The translations under genes were made by a program, and so were the position numbers. Below, piece by piece: positions 27,681-37,682 of a stretch of DNA of 64,000 nt (positions are counted from its first letter, which is position 1; every line of letters begins with the position of its first letter). The notes beneath the pieces were generated by a model. The model saw nothing but the letters and a program-made list of their open reading frames with translations. It was not told the origin of the DNA and made no database searches. The DNA comes from an uncultured Coxiellaceae bacterium (lineage in GTDB: Bacteria > Pseudomonadota > Gammaproteobacteria > DSM-16500), in contig CAZQXH010000007.1 in NCBI GenBank assembly GCA_964597435.1, forward strand, positions 1-64,000. Direction: 5' to 3'.

Positions 27681-29141
27681 CTATTTATTTTCGGTCGACC
27701 AAGCCGGAATGGCCGCACCATCGGGGAAAATTTTTTGTGTTTCATTCACAACCGGTTGTGAATGCATAATCGTAATTAATTTTTTGAAAATGGGTTTATC
27801 TTTATCTTGTTTTCGCACCACAATTAAATTGGCATAAGGTGAATCGACACCTTCTTTAATTAATGCTTGCTTAATCGACAAACCCGCTGGGCCCACAAAA
27901 TCATTCGTGATCGTCACCAAATCCGCATCACGCAACACACGCGGCAATTGTGCGGCATCTAATAATTTAAATTGCAAATGTCGACCATTGCTTATGATGT
28001 CATTAATGGTCGCATACACACCGACATTGGGTTTAAGTTCAATTAAACCTGCCTTTTGTAAAATTAATAAAGCACGCCCGCCATTACTCGGGTCATTGGG
28101 AATGGCAACTAAACCACCCTCTGGAATGTGCCAAACCGATTTCAGTTTTTGCGAATAAAAACCCATTGGGTAAACAAAGGTTTTTGCAATCGGCATGAGT
28201 TTAAAGTGCCGTGCCGCTATCTGACCTTCTAAATACGGCGCATGTTGGAAGATGTTCGCATCAATGCTGCCACTGTCTAAGGCGATATTTGGCTGCACAT
28301 AATCACTGAATGGCACCACTTCTAAATTGATATGATATTGTTCTTTTGCAACGGTACGCGCGACTTGCATGATCACTTCCGGTTCACCCGCCATGACCCC
28401 AACACGCACGGTTTCGGTTTGTGCCCATTTACTTGGCCAAAATTGATAAGCCATACCGCCAATGAAAAACAAAATGGTTGCCGCAATAATCGGTTTTAAT
28501 AACCGATGCTTTGCGCAATAATCACCGGCCATTTGTAGTGCTTGCACAATTAACACTAAGATCACAACGGTTTGCATCATTACCGTTAAATCAAAACGCT
28601 GATAACCATAATTAATGGCAAGTTCACCTAAACCACCGCCACCCACCGCACCGGCCATCGCTGAATACCCAATTAAGGCAATCAATGTTAATGTGCCGCC
28701 GCGAATTAAGGCGGGCAAACTTTCGGGAATTAATACTTTTAATAATAATTGCGAACGTGAAGCACCCATGGCAACCGCCGCCTCACTTAAACCCACCGGC
28801 ACACTCAATAACGCGTTTTCACTGATGCGCGCAAAAAACGGAATGGCGGCAATGGTCAACGGCACAATGGCCGCTAACGTGCCAATCGTTGTTCCCACTA
28901 TCAAGCGTGTTACGGGAATGAGACTGATTAGCAATATGATAAAAGGGATAGAGCGCAGCACGTTCACCAGGATACTCAACCAACGATGGGTTAATTGACT
29001 GCTCCGCGTCGTTTGTTTGGCTGTGATATAAAGTAATGAGCCCAGACCCAACCCGAGCACAATACTAAATAATCCCGCCACAAACACCATGTATAAGGTT
29101 TCCCATGTGGCTTTCAATAAAAATAAATTATTCTCAAACAT
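27681..29141 (-). CDS. Fused methionine ABC transporter permease (MetI) and substrate-binding lipoprotein (MetQ/NlpA), 486 aa.
   Basis: The N-terminal roughly 215 aa have 5 TM helices with the EAA-like loop of MetI. The C-terminal roughly 260 aa form the NlpA/MetQ family fold. Confidence 0.8.
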   Translation of the reverse strand: MFENNLFLLKATWETLYMVFVAGLFSIVLGLGLGSLLYITAKQTTRSSQLTHRWLSILVNVLRSIPFIILLISLIPVTRLIVGTTIGTLAAIVPLTIAAIPFFARISENALLSVPVGLSEAAVAMGASRSQLLLKVLIPESLPALIRGGTLTLIALIGYSAMAGAVGGGGLGELAINYGYQRFDLTVMMQTVVILVLIVQALQMAGDYCAKHRLLKPIIAATILFFIGGMAYQFWPSKWAQTETVRVGVMAGEPEVIMQVARTVAKEQYHINLEVVPFSDYVQPNIALDSGSIDANIFQHAPYLEGQIAARHFKLMPIAKTFVYPMGFYSQKLKSVWHIPEGGLVAIPNDPSNGGRALLILQKAGLIELKPNVGVYATINDIISNGRHLQFKLLDAAQLPRVLRDADLVTITNDFVGPAGLSIKQALIKEGVDSPYANLIVVRKQDKDKPIFKKLITIMHSQPVVNETQKIFPDGAAIPAWSTENK

Positions 29142-30165
29142 AACCTAATACCTCGACCGTCACCGATGTACCACGAATAAATGTTAATGCCGCTTCGATT
29201 TGCTCGGGGTAACCTGCCATCGTGCAAACGGTAAAACCGACCACTGCAGATTGCATGTGTTCGATATTGGCTTGCAAAATATTGATGGTAACTTGATATT
29301 GTTGCACTAACGTTGTTATTAACGGTTGGCCACTTTCATCACCCACAAAGGTTAAACGCACTAAATGGGCTTTGCCTGGCAAAGGCTCGAGACTTAAACG
29401 TTCTTGAATGGATTCTGGCAAAATTAAATGTAACGCTTGTTGCACAAACTCGCGCGTGCGCGGCGCTTTCGGTTTAGCAAATAACGCTAAAATTGGGCCG
29501 TATTCGACTAACTGACCTTGATCTAAAATAGCGGCGCGATCACAAATTTGTTTTAACACATCCATTTCATGCGTAATGAGGACAATGGTCACCGCTAATT
29601 TACGATTAATTTCCTTTAACAATTGCAAGATAGCGCGGGTCGATTGCGGATCTAACGCGGAGGTTGGTTCATCGCACAATAAAATGGGTGGGCGCGTCAC
29701 TAGCGCACGCGCGATTGCCACACGTTGCTTTTGACCGCCGCTTAGCTGCGAGGGATAATGATTTGCGTGATTTTCTAAACGCACTAAGCTTAATAATTCG
29801 GTGACCACCGGCTTAATTTCCGCGCGGGTTTTTCCCATTAATTCTAGCGGCAAGGCAATGTTTTCGTAAGCCGTGCGGGATTCTAACAATTGGAAATGCT
29901 GAAAAATCATCCCGACATGACGCCGGTGCTCTTTCAATGTGTACGCATTCAGTGTTGCAAGATTAGTATTATTGACAATCACCGACCCACTGCTTGGCGT
30001 TTCTAGCCAATTGATTAAGCGCAGCAGGGTACTTTTCCCCGCCCCGCTTTCGCCAAAAATACCGAAAATTTCACTGCGGTGAATGGTGAGATTGATGTTT
30101 TTCAAAGCCGGGTACGGATGACCATTAACCGTATAGGTTTTATTAATGTCTTTAAATTCAATCAT
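29134..30165 (-). CDS. metN: Methionine ABC transporter ATPase with a C-terminal NIL domain.
   Basis: Walker A GESGAGKST, LSGGQKQR, Walker B LLCDEPTSALD. The C-terminal regulatory domain is present. Confidence 0.9.
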   Translation of the reverse strand: MIEFKDINKTYTVNGHPYPALKNINLTIHRSEIFGIFGESGAGKSTLLRLINWLETPSSGSVIVNNTNLATLNAYTLKEHRRHVGMIFQHFQLLESRTAYENIALPLELMGKTRAEIKPVVTELLSLVRLENHANHYPSQLSGGQKQRVAIARALVTRPPILLCDEPTSALDPQSTRAILQLLKEINRKLAVTIVLITHEMDVLKQICDRAAILDQGQLVEYGPILALFAKPKAPRTREFVQQALHLILPESIQERLSLEPLPGKAHLVRLTFVGDESGQPLITTLVQQYQVTINILQANIEHMQSAVVGFTVCTMAGYPEQIEAALTFIRGTSVTVEVLGYV

Positions 30166-30245
30166 TTATTGCTCATTCAATAGGCGGCATTGATCCTTAC
30201 AAGGATCTAGGACTGATTTTGGGTGTCTCGCATTATCGCATGTTC

Positions 30246-30276
30246 AAAAAAAAAGGCCAGCAATGCTGGCCGTTTT
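30246..30276 (-). terminator. Strong rho-independent terminator (A9-GGCCAGCA-a-TGCTGGCC-T4) ending gene 30291..31151. It lies upstream of the metN leader.
   Basis: Perfect 8-bp stem. On the minus strand a T9 tract follows the hairpin. Confidence 0.7.
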
Positions 30277-30290
30277 GATTAAATTAACAA

Positions 30291-31151
30291 TTACGGCTTA
30301 GAACGCCATGCTGCATCGGCCTTTTTGGCAGGGGCAGTTTCAACATGGTGCAATTTACGACGATCAAATAATTTAACCGCTTCGCAAACTTCTTTGTAAA
30401 CCGGTTCTTGTTTAAGCAAAGCATCATAAACTAAACGGTCTTTAGCCACTGGCATCAAACGACGACGATTCGCGTTATATTCGTAATGGCCATCCAAATT
30501 AATAAAATCGCCTTTTTTCAAACCCGTTGGCAATTTTTTTTCTGAGGCATGAACTTTAAATAAATGAGACCGTTTAAAGTGTTTAATTAAATCGGCTGTG
30601 TCCATACCCACATTTTCATTGAATGCTTCGAAATCTTGCACGCCTTGGCGCAAAGCATTTTCATCTTTATTTACCGCTAAAATGGCTTTAGCTTGGCGAA
30701 CAGCGGGGGTTACATGTTTCAAATTCGCTTTATTAAATTCGCGAATACCATCGAAGTGAGCTTGATGTTGCTGTAATTTTTCTGCCGCACAAAGAGCGAT
30801 TTTTTTATCTTCTTCCGATAAAGGATTTTCAGCAGAAACACCTAAAGTGGGATTAATTTGAGAATACATTTCGCTGTTGGTGACACGCGATTTAATGTAA
30901 TAAGAATTATTAATTTCATCTTTAATTTGCAAGAGAATTCCCGACAATGCCAATGCACGATCTGCATCCGTTAATTTGGACATTTTTTTTAAGTCATTGT
31001 AAGCTTTTTCAACGCGATTAATTTGGGCTTGTCGATCAGAGGGTAAATCGTAAAAGCTTTCGGTGTTGTATTTTTTCAAGATGGCAGAAAATGTTTCGTT
31101 TTGGAAATAGTTATATAATTCTTCAAAACCTTTAAATTGAAATGACATCAT
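30291..31151 (-). CDS. Hypothetical protein (286 aa).
   Basis: ORF only. Confidence 0.45.
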   Translation of the reverse strand: MMSFQFKGFEELYNYFQNETFSAILKKYNTESFYDLPSDRQAQINRVEKAYNDLKKMSKLTDADRALALSGILLQIKDEINNSYYIKSRVTNSEMYSQINPTLGVSAENPLSEEDKKIALCAAEKLQQHQAHFDGIREFNKANLKHVTPAVRQAKAILAVNKDENALRQGVQDFEAFNENVGMDTADLIKHFKRSHLFKVHASEKKLPTGLKKGDFINLDGHYEYNANRRRLMPVAKDRLVYDALLKQEPVYKEVCEAVKLFDRRKLHHVETAPAKKADAAWRSKP

Positions 31152-31267
31152 CCTTCTCCTTAATGTCTGATTGCTCAGCTGCCGTGCGCGACATAAATTC
31201 TATCAAAAAGTGTCACAATTTTGACTGTAGCACCCAATGCTTAAGACAATCTTAAGCAAACATTAAG

Positions 31268-33334
31268 CTAATGAGAGCGTCCTTTGCCTAAGACAATATG
31301 TGAAGGTTTATTCTCAGGTTTCCCTTTGGATAAATTAGCAGGCGTGGCCGGATTAAAACTCGCTGACTTTTGTATTTCCCTATTCACAGCGGCCTGGAAA
31401 TTTTGCAGACCTGTTTTATATAAAATCATTTCTTTTGTCTCTGTTTTATTAGAAATCATCCCTTCTAATTCTTTTCTAATCCAGCTGGTCAAACCACCTT
31501 GCACAACGCTGATCTGCTGAGCCCGATTACCTTGATTTGCTTCTATCATCAGCATCTCATATTTAAGGCGCTTTTCTTGGAGGTTATCAATCTTAGCCCC
31601 CCACTCTTTCTTTTCGAGTATTTGATACAAATCGACAAAAGCTTGCTTACCTGCCGCTTTTTGCACCTCTATGTGATTTTTAGGCGTTTCACCGCGCAGG
31701 TCTTGGCTTAAATAATTAGCGCCGCGCTCAATCAAAAGTTGGGCAGTTTTATGTTGTCCGTGCAAAATTGCCCATGCTAAGGCGGTATTACCCTGATGAT
31801 CTTTGATATCCATTTGCACGCCGCGCTTTAAAAGCTCTGCCACCAGTGCCGTTTTTCCCTCAATGGCTGCAAGGCTTAACAACGTACCGCCGTGCGCTTC
31901 AATTTGCCAATTGATATTGGCACCCATATTAATGGCCGCATTCAAATCGCTCACGTTACCCGTTTGCAATGCCTGTAACAAAGCGGCTTCTTGATGCAAC
32001 CTTTGCTCGGTTTTTTCAATGGGTGTAATCACAACGTCTGCTGCTTGAAATGAAACACCGCGCCATTGTTTAGGATTAGCGACGGCACTATTTGTTAAAT
32101 AAACCTGGTCACGGCGCAAAGTGGTATTATTGCCAATGGCAGCTTCCACTGACGCATAACTTTCTTCATTACCGGGCAAAGAAAAGCAATCACCCGGGTT
32201 TGAAACAGCACAATGGTATTTTGCTTGCTCTTCCTCTGTAAAATCTAACACGTCTCTTTTTTTCGGTTGAACAGTAATCGCTTTCGGCTGATTGTTGTCA
32301 AAGGCGGCTTTAAATGCCTCTTCAGACTTTGGCTCAAAAGTAGGGAATTCAATCACAGCGATATTAGAGAATGTGTGGGTTTTTAACACGTCAGCATACG
32401 CTTGAAAAAAAAGCGGCATCAATTGAGGAGTAATACTATATTGATTATCAATTTTGGCGAAAAACCCCAAACCCGATAAAGTGGCTTTGAATAAGCCTTG
32501 CTTTGCCATTTTATCACGCTGATTCATTTCACCTAACATATCATTTTGCGCCGTCAATTCTAACAAAATATCTTCTTTTAATGATTGCAGCAGCGCTTTT
32601 TTATTAAGAATTAATGCGGCATGCTGATTATTACTGAGCGCATATCCCTTCTCAGTGCGCACTAAATATTGATCTCCTACTTTTAAGCGTAACCAATCTT
32701 TTGTTTCATTCTCATTGCCTAATAATTGCTGCACAGCTTGATGGCTAGGAATCATTTGATTTTGTTGATAACGAGACATAAAAACAGGATCGCTCACCAC
32801 TTGCGCATTACGAATGGGGTCCACAATAAAATGCCGATATTCTAAATAATCCATTTCAAATTGAGGTGCTGCGCGAGTAGAAATTAATACAGCGTGTGGC
32901 TTGGCCAGTTCAGTTGCATCCCCTCGGGGGTAACCGCCTTTTTTAAACGCTAATGATTCACTAATAATAATTTTTTTTCGTGCCAGCATGCGTTCTTGCG
33001 GTGATAGGAGTTCAGGGTCACCATCAGCAACATTTTTTAAATCGCGGCGCTTACCTTGGCTGGAAATCGTTCGATCTTGGGAGTAATAAAGCTGATCACC
33101 CATCGTTACTATCCCCATCACCTTGGTTAAAGTGCGTAATAGTGATCCAGCATGGGTTTTGGCGGTCGATTTTAATTGTTCCGGCGTAAAATAAGCACTC
33201 GCCGCATAGACACGTACATTGTCAGCGTGCTTATTTTTAGGCACATTTAATTTTCTCAAAAGATTTTCTTGTTCTTTTTTTGCCTTATCTTCATCAATAC
33301 GTTGCATAACCACTCCTTTTCGCGTCCATATCAA
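31268..33334 (-). CDS. Ankyrin-repeat (eukaryotic-like) protein, 688 aa. Candidate Dot/Icm-type effector.
   Basis: At least three ankyrin repeats near residues 470-560: GGTLLSLAAIEGKTALVAELLKRGVQMDIKDHQGNTALAWAILHGQHKTAQLLIERGAN. Confidence 0.7.
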   Translation of the reverse strand: MIWTRKGVVMQRIDEDKAKKEQENLLRKLNVPKNKHADNVRVYAASAYFTPEQLKSTAKTHAGSLLRTLTKVMGIVTMGDQLYYSQDRTISSQGKRRDLKNVADGDPELLSPQERMLARKKIIISESLAFKKGGYPRGDATELAKPHAVLISTRAAPQFEMDYLEYRHFIVDPIRNAQVVSDPVFMSRYQQNQMIPSHQAVQQLLGNENETKDWLRLKVGDQYLVRTEKGYALSNNQHAALILNKKALLQSLKEDILLELTAQNDMLGEMNQRDKMAKQGLFKATLSGLGFFAKIDNQYSITPQLMPLFFQAYADVLKTHTFSNIAVIEFPTFEPKSEEAFKAAFDNNQPKAITVQPKKRDVLDFTEEEQAKYHCAVSNPGDCFSLPGNEESYASVEAAIGNNTTLRRDQVYLTNSAVANPKQWRGVSFQAADVVITPIEKTEQRLHQEAALLQALQTGNVSDLNAAINMGANINWQIEAHGGTLLSLAAIEGKTALVAELLKRGVQMDIKDHQGNTALAWAILHGQHKTAQLLIERGANYLSQDLRGETPKNHIEVQKAAGKQAFVDLYQILEKKEWGAKIDNLQEKRLKYEMLMIEANQGNRAQQISVVQGGLTSWIRKELEGMISNKTETKEMILYKTGLQNFQAAVNREIQKSASFNPATPANLSKGKPENKPSHIVLGKGRSH

Positions 33335-33472
33335 TTATAGCTGATTTTAAATTTGCTATATGCTTGATTAATAATGTATAAAAAAAATCCATTGGGCGCT
33401 TACTAATGGGTTGATTCCACACAAGAAAAAGCCTATCTTAGTCGACAAAATACCCTCAATAAGGCCAATGAG

Positions 33473-35338
33473 ATGCAACGCACTTCGCAAATGGATGACG
33501 ATAGTTTTAGCGACTCGATGGAACTTTTTTCCATGGCCACGCGAGAAGTTAACTATGAACGCGAATTTTTTTACGATGCGATTATTGGCTATCTTAAATA
33601 CATTTATTTTACGTTGAACCAAAAAGATAAATTTAAAACCCTTTTCAAAGGGGCTGCGCGCTTATTTTTCCGTAAATTTCACGATAAAGATGAATTAATT
33701 GATCCAGAAGATAATTACTTTAGTTTAATTTATCATTCCATCACCCCTGGATTACGGTTGGAAGTGGCGACTGCTTTATCTTCCATTCCTGCTGATTTAA
33801 ACATCGCAACGATTAACGCTGTGCGTAAGGTGGCTACCGCATTTTTTACGCCCATCATGTTGCAGTTTGAATGGAAAAACTTTTGGAATACGGTTGTTGC
33901 CGAACAGTTCCCAACACAAGAAGCCGCGGAAGTTTTATTGGTAAAAATACAAGGTGCATTATTATATCGTTTACTAATGAGCGTTACTGATGTAAGCAAA
34001 CACCAAAATGAAACAAAAAATTTTATTGAACCATTACCGAATTTTAACGTACCACAAATAAAATTAATTTCAAAAGTGTTAGCTTGCGAGGGTAATAACC
34101 TTGAATCATTAAAAAGTATTCAAGATGAATTAGTCAAAACGCAAATCTCCGATCCCTTTACCTATAAAAATCCATCGACCGATGCGGAGAAAAACACCCA
34201 TAAATCTTTCAGCGATTATTTAACCAACTTAAGCGAATCAGCAAAATCAAACTTGCAACTGACTTTAGACAATTTTGAAAATGCACTGAAGTCCACTCTC
34301 GACAAACATGAATTTGTTATTTTAGCCGAATATGGCCACATTGCGTTAAATAATCATTTTTTTGAAATGTTTAAGCACTTCTCCACTTTGCCTAATGCGA
34401 GCAAAAGAGGAATTAAAGAATTTGCAAAAATTGTTTTACGGCATTTAAATGAAACTTATGGCAAACGAAATGAGTATGAACCCATGCTCAAATCAACTTT
34501 CCCTTTATATGATGAGCTCAAAAAAATTGCTGGCAAAAAAGCACTTCATGCTGCAAAGCCTTTAATCGATAAAATCAACAAATTAAATCAAACCGGCACG
34601 CCCATTTTATCCCTCGCTGATCGCGAGCCGAGTAGTGGACAGATTGCTCGCACCAGTAGCTCCGATAAAGCGGTCGTGCTGATTGTAAAAACCAAGGAAG
34701 AGAGTCCGCGGACAACCAAAGAAGAAAGTCCACGCCTTATTGAAGGCTTTCGTGCCAGTAAAGATGGATTATTTAAAAAGGCGCGAGAAAACTCTGCCAA
34801 TAAGTTGCGTGCATTATTAAATAGTGATGCGCCTTTGAAATCCCAAGCGCGTTTAGAAGAACAGACTCCACCCCGTGAGTTACGAAACTCGATTGCAAAA
34901 ATCCCATCATCATCAGCGAAAGAGTCAAAAGACTTATCCATTTCGCCGAAGGCAGAAAACAGCAGAACCGTAGACACTGGCATTGCGCAGCCAGTCCGTA
35001 TCGCCGCAGAAGCCCATGACTTGCGTCAAAGCTCTCCGCGCCTAGATCTTTCAAAGCGTCGTAGCATGCATTTAACGTCAAATCTTACAGCTGCTTATTC
35101 GCCGCGCCCGACAACCCCTCAACCGCAACGACCCAGTGTTACGCTTAAACCACCTACATTACCTGGGCCAGAAGAGAGCATCTCGCCACGCTTAATCGAT
35201 AGCAGGCACGCGGAAGAAGGAGCGACGCATAATCGACGAAACTTTCAGTTATTAGCGGCGCCTTTGCGTGGAGCGGTAAAAAATTTAAAGGCATCGGTAG
35301 CATCGGAGGAAAAACCTGGATTAGTGAAAACATCTTAA
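33473..35338 (+). CDS. Hypothetical protein (621 aa) with an internal KEESPR repeat and a Ser/Pro-rich low-complexity C-terminus.
   Basis: ORF only. The repeat is TKEESPRTTKEESPR. Confidence 0.45.
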   Translation: MQRTSQMDDDSFSDSMELFSMATREVNYEREFFYDAIIGYLKYIYFTLNQKDKFKTLFKGAARLFFRKFHDKDELIDPEDNYFSLIYHSITPGLRLEVATALSSIPADLNIATINAVRKVATAFFTPIMLQFEWKNFWNTVVAEQFPTQEAAEVLLVKIQGALLYRLLMSVTDVSKHQNETKNFIEPLPNFNVPQIKLISKVLACEGNNLESLKSIQDELVKTQISDPFTYKNPSTDAEKNTHKSFSDYLTNLSESAKSNLQLTLDNFENALKSTLDKHEFVILAEYGHIALNNHFFEMFKHFSTLPNASKRGIKEFAKIVLRHLNETYGKRNEYEPMLKSTFPLYDELKKIAGKKALHAAKPLIDKINKLNQTGTPILSLADREPSSGQIARTSSSDKAVVLIVKTKEESPRTTKEESPRLIEGFRASKDGLFKKARENSANKLRALLNSDAPLKSQARLEEQTPPRELRNSIAKIPSSSAKESKDLSISPKAENSRTVDTGIAQPVRIAAEAHDLRQSSPRLDLSKRRSMHLTSNLTAAYSPRPTTPQPQRPSVTLKPPTLPGPEESISPRLIDSRHAEEGATHNRRNFQLLAAPLRGAVKNLKASVASEEKPGLVKTS

Positions 35339-35348
35339 CTTAAGTGGC

Positions 35349-37682
35349 TTAGTCTTTTTCAATTTCATACAACACATCGGCACCCGTATCGATTGAGCTC
35401 GTCTCCGATTGCACGGCAAAATGTTTATTGAATTGATAACGCACATTAAACACTTGTACGGGATCAAAAATACCGATGCTGTAATGAATAAACCATTTCT
35501 TGCCAATTTGTTTGCCGATACTCACCGCTTGCGCACTCGTTGCTGAATTGGTTAACGGATTAAAATAATCTGTATTACTCACCGTAAACTCCGACAAACC
35601 TAATGCCGATTGAAATTTATCTTTCAAATCGAAAATCGGCAAATTGCCCGTGCCGCGATCGGCAGCCAGTGCGTTTAATACGGCCAGACCACTGCCCGTA
35701 CCAATATTGCCACTCGGATAACCGAACATGAGATAAGATAAAATATCGGCTTGATTTAAACCAGCATCTGAAAATAAGGTGGCGCGCGGTTGATTGAGTG
35801 TGCCACTCACGGCAACCCCAACGGTAATCGTATTCGTTCCGGTATAAGCCGATTTTAACGATTCATTTCCATAAAATTGACTGCCACCCGAAAACCCAAC
35901 CGTTTGTAATTGTTTAGTAGCCCGAATATCTAACCCCGGATTACTAATCGGATTGCCCGCATACACTAAACGTCCATTTTGAATTTGCAATTGTTTGCCG
36001 TATGCGCTGTATTCACCTTTTAACGTGTGCAATTCACCGACTGCGGTTAAGATACCACCCGGAATGCGATGCAGCGTGATTTTACCCGCTAAATTTGCTT
36101 GTAAATGCTTATCCGATAAATAAATAGCATCGCCTAATTGAATTTCCAATTGCATACCAATTTGATCAAATAGCTTTGCCTCTTCTGGGCGTGGCTGATC
36201 GACGAAAACCACTTCACTGGGCAAACTCACTACGCCACTGCGGTTTTGTAATAAGAGTGTTGCTTTCGGCACTTGCACACTGCCTTGCAATTGCCAAGCT
36301 CCCGTTTCATTTGACAAGTTAATGCTGGGACTTGCGACAATATCGTATTCTTTGGTTTTCACTAAGGCAAGGTTCGTGCCTGTCACACGCAAGTTAATCT
36401 CAGTTTGCTTTTGTTGCCATTTCAAAGCACCACTTAATTCACCACTGCCTGCACCAACATTAAACGTTCCTCGCCAAGTTAAAGGCGTATCTAATCCACC
36501 TTGCGCCGTCACGTTAATTTGCTTCATTGTCATGCCATAAATCGGTAAAGAAAATTGGCCATTTCTCAGTACCGCTTCTAAATTTATCGCTGGCTTTTGT
36601 AATAATCCACTGACGTTCGCTTTTGCATCAACCACGCCACCTAAGTTGCTAATGTTTGGTATGGTCAATAAACCCGTTAAGGGTTGCGTAGGCAGGGTAA
36701 TTTCGGCAGTAACCGTTTGTTTACTGAAATCCACCAAGAATAATTGCGGTAAATTCGCGCGCACTTTCGCCCGATGATTACGGTTTAAAATAACATCGGC
36801 GAGCACTGCCACATCACTGTCTTTACGCTCGGCCGAGAAATTCATTTGTGCTTGCTGAAATTTCGTGCCATTAACATCAAGCCCAGCTAAATCCACCTTA
36901 CCATGTACTTTTGCTTTCGCATCAGTATTTAATTGCACCGCTGCATGCTTCACTTCATACGTTTGATAATGCAATTTATCAAACGTAATAACACCATCCA
37001 CATTTGGCGCGATAAAAGAACCGTTAACTGTCAACTGCACTTGCCCTTGGCCGCGCGCGGTTTTTATCCACGCAGCCGGCGATGGCACTTGCATTTTAGC
37101 CATTAAATTTAATTTTTCGGCACTAAATTGCCCTTGCACGGTGCCGTAATTGCTGAGCAAATCTAATTGATAACGTTGGTTCGCCTGCTGTTTTAATTCG
37201 ATATGATGAAACTGAATTAACGACTTATCGGCACCCTCAGTCACATTCACATTATTAATGCGCGCAAGATCCAATTGTACGAAGTGTAATTTTTTAATGA
37301 TGTCTGGCACGGTGTTTAGCGTAAACGTGCTCGGCTTATCATTCGGTAATAATTGAATGTTGACATCATTCACGACAAGCGAAGTGATGTGTAAGCGGGA
37401 TTGACGTAATGCCGTTGCATCCCAGTTTAATTGAATTTGTTTAATAACGTTAATTTCATCTTCTTGCTGAACGCGAACATTATTGAACGTAATTGTTGAG
37501 AAAAGATCACCTTGCACGCTACCAATCGTGACTGTACCCGGCAACACTTTTTGCGCTGCAAACCAAGCCAAATGCAAACCAAGCGATGTCGTTGCGCAAA
37601 AATAAATAAATAGCGCGCAAAAGACCATCGCCCAACTTAAGCGATAAACGATCAACGCTAGATAATACACAATCTTCTTCAA
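35349..37682 (-). CDS. tamB: Translocation and assembly module subunit TamB-like (AsmA family, DUF490 C-terminus), 777 aa.
   Basis: N-terminal signal anchor. The C-terminal beta-rich DUF490-like end is ...FNVRYQFNKHFAVQSETSS... The gene overlaps tamA by 4 nt. Confidence 0.6.
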   Translation of the reverse strand: MKKIVYYLALIVYRLSWAMVFCALFIYFCATTSLGLHLAWFAAQKVLPGTVTIGSVQGDLFSTITFNNVRVQQEDEINVIKQIQLNWDATALRQSRLHITSLVVNDVNIQLLPNDKPSTFTLNTVPDIIKKLHFVQLDLARINNVNVTEGADKSLIQFHHIELKQQANQRYQLDLLSNYGTVQGQFSAEKLNLMAKMQVPSPAAWIKTARGQGQVQLTVNGSFIAPNVDGVITFDKLHYQTYEVKHAAVQLNTDAKAKVHGKVDLAGLDVNGTKFQQAQMNFSAERKDSDVAVLADVILNRNHRAKVRANLPQLFLVDFSKQTVTAEITLPTQPLTGLLTIPNISNLGGVVDAKANVSGLLQKPAINLEAVLRNGQFSLPIYGMTMKQINVTAQGGLDTPLTWRGTFNVGAGSGELSGALKWQQKQTEINLRVTGTNLALVKTKEYDIVASPSINLSNETGAWQLQGSVQVPKATLLLQNRSGVVSLPSEVVFVDQPRPEEAKLFDQIGMQLEIQLGDAIYLSDKHLQANLAGKITLHRIPGGILTAVGELHTLKGEYSAYGKQLQIQNGRLVYAGNPISNPGLDIRATKQLQTVGFSGGSQFYGNESLKSAYTGTNTITVGVAVSGTLNQPRATLFSDAGLNQADILSYLMFGYPSGNIGTGSGLAVLNALAADRGTGNLPIFDLKDKFQSALGLSEFTVSNTDYFNPLTNSATSAQAVSIGKQIGKKWFIHYSIGIFDPVQVFNVRYQFNKHFAVQSETSSIDTGADVLYEIEKD

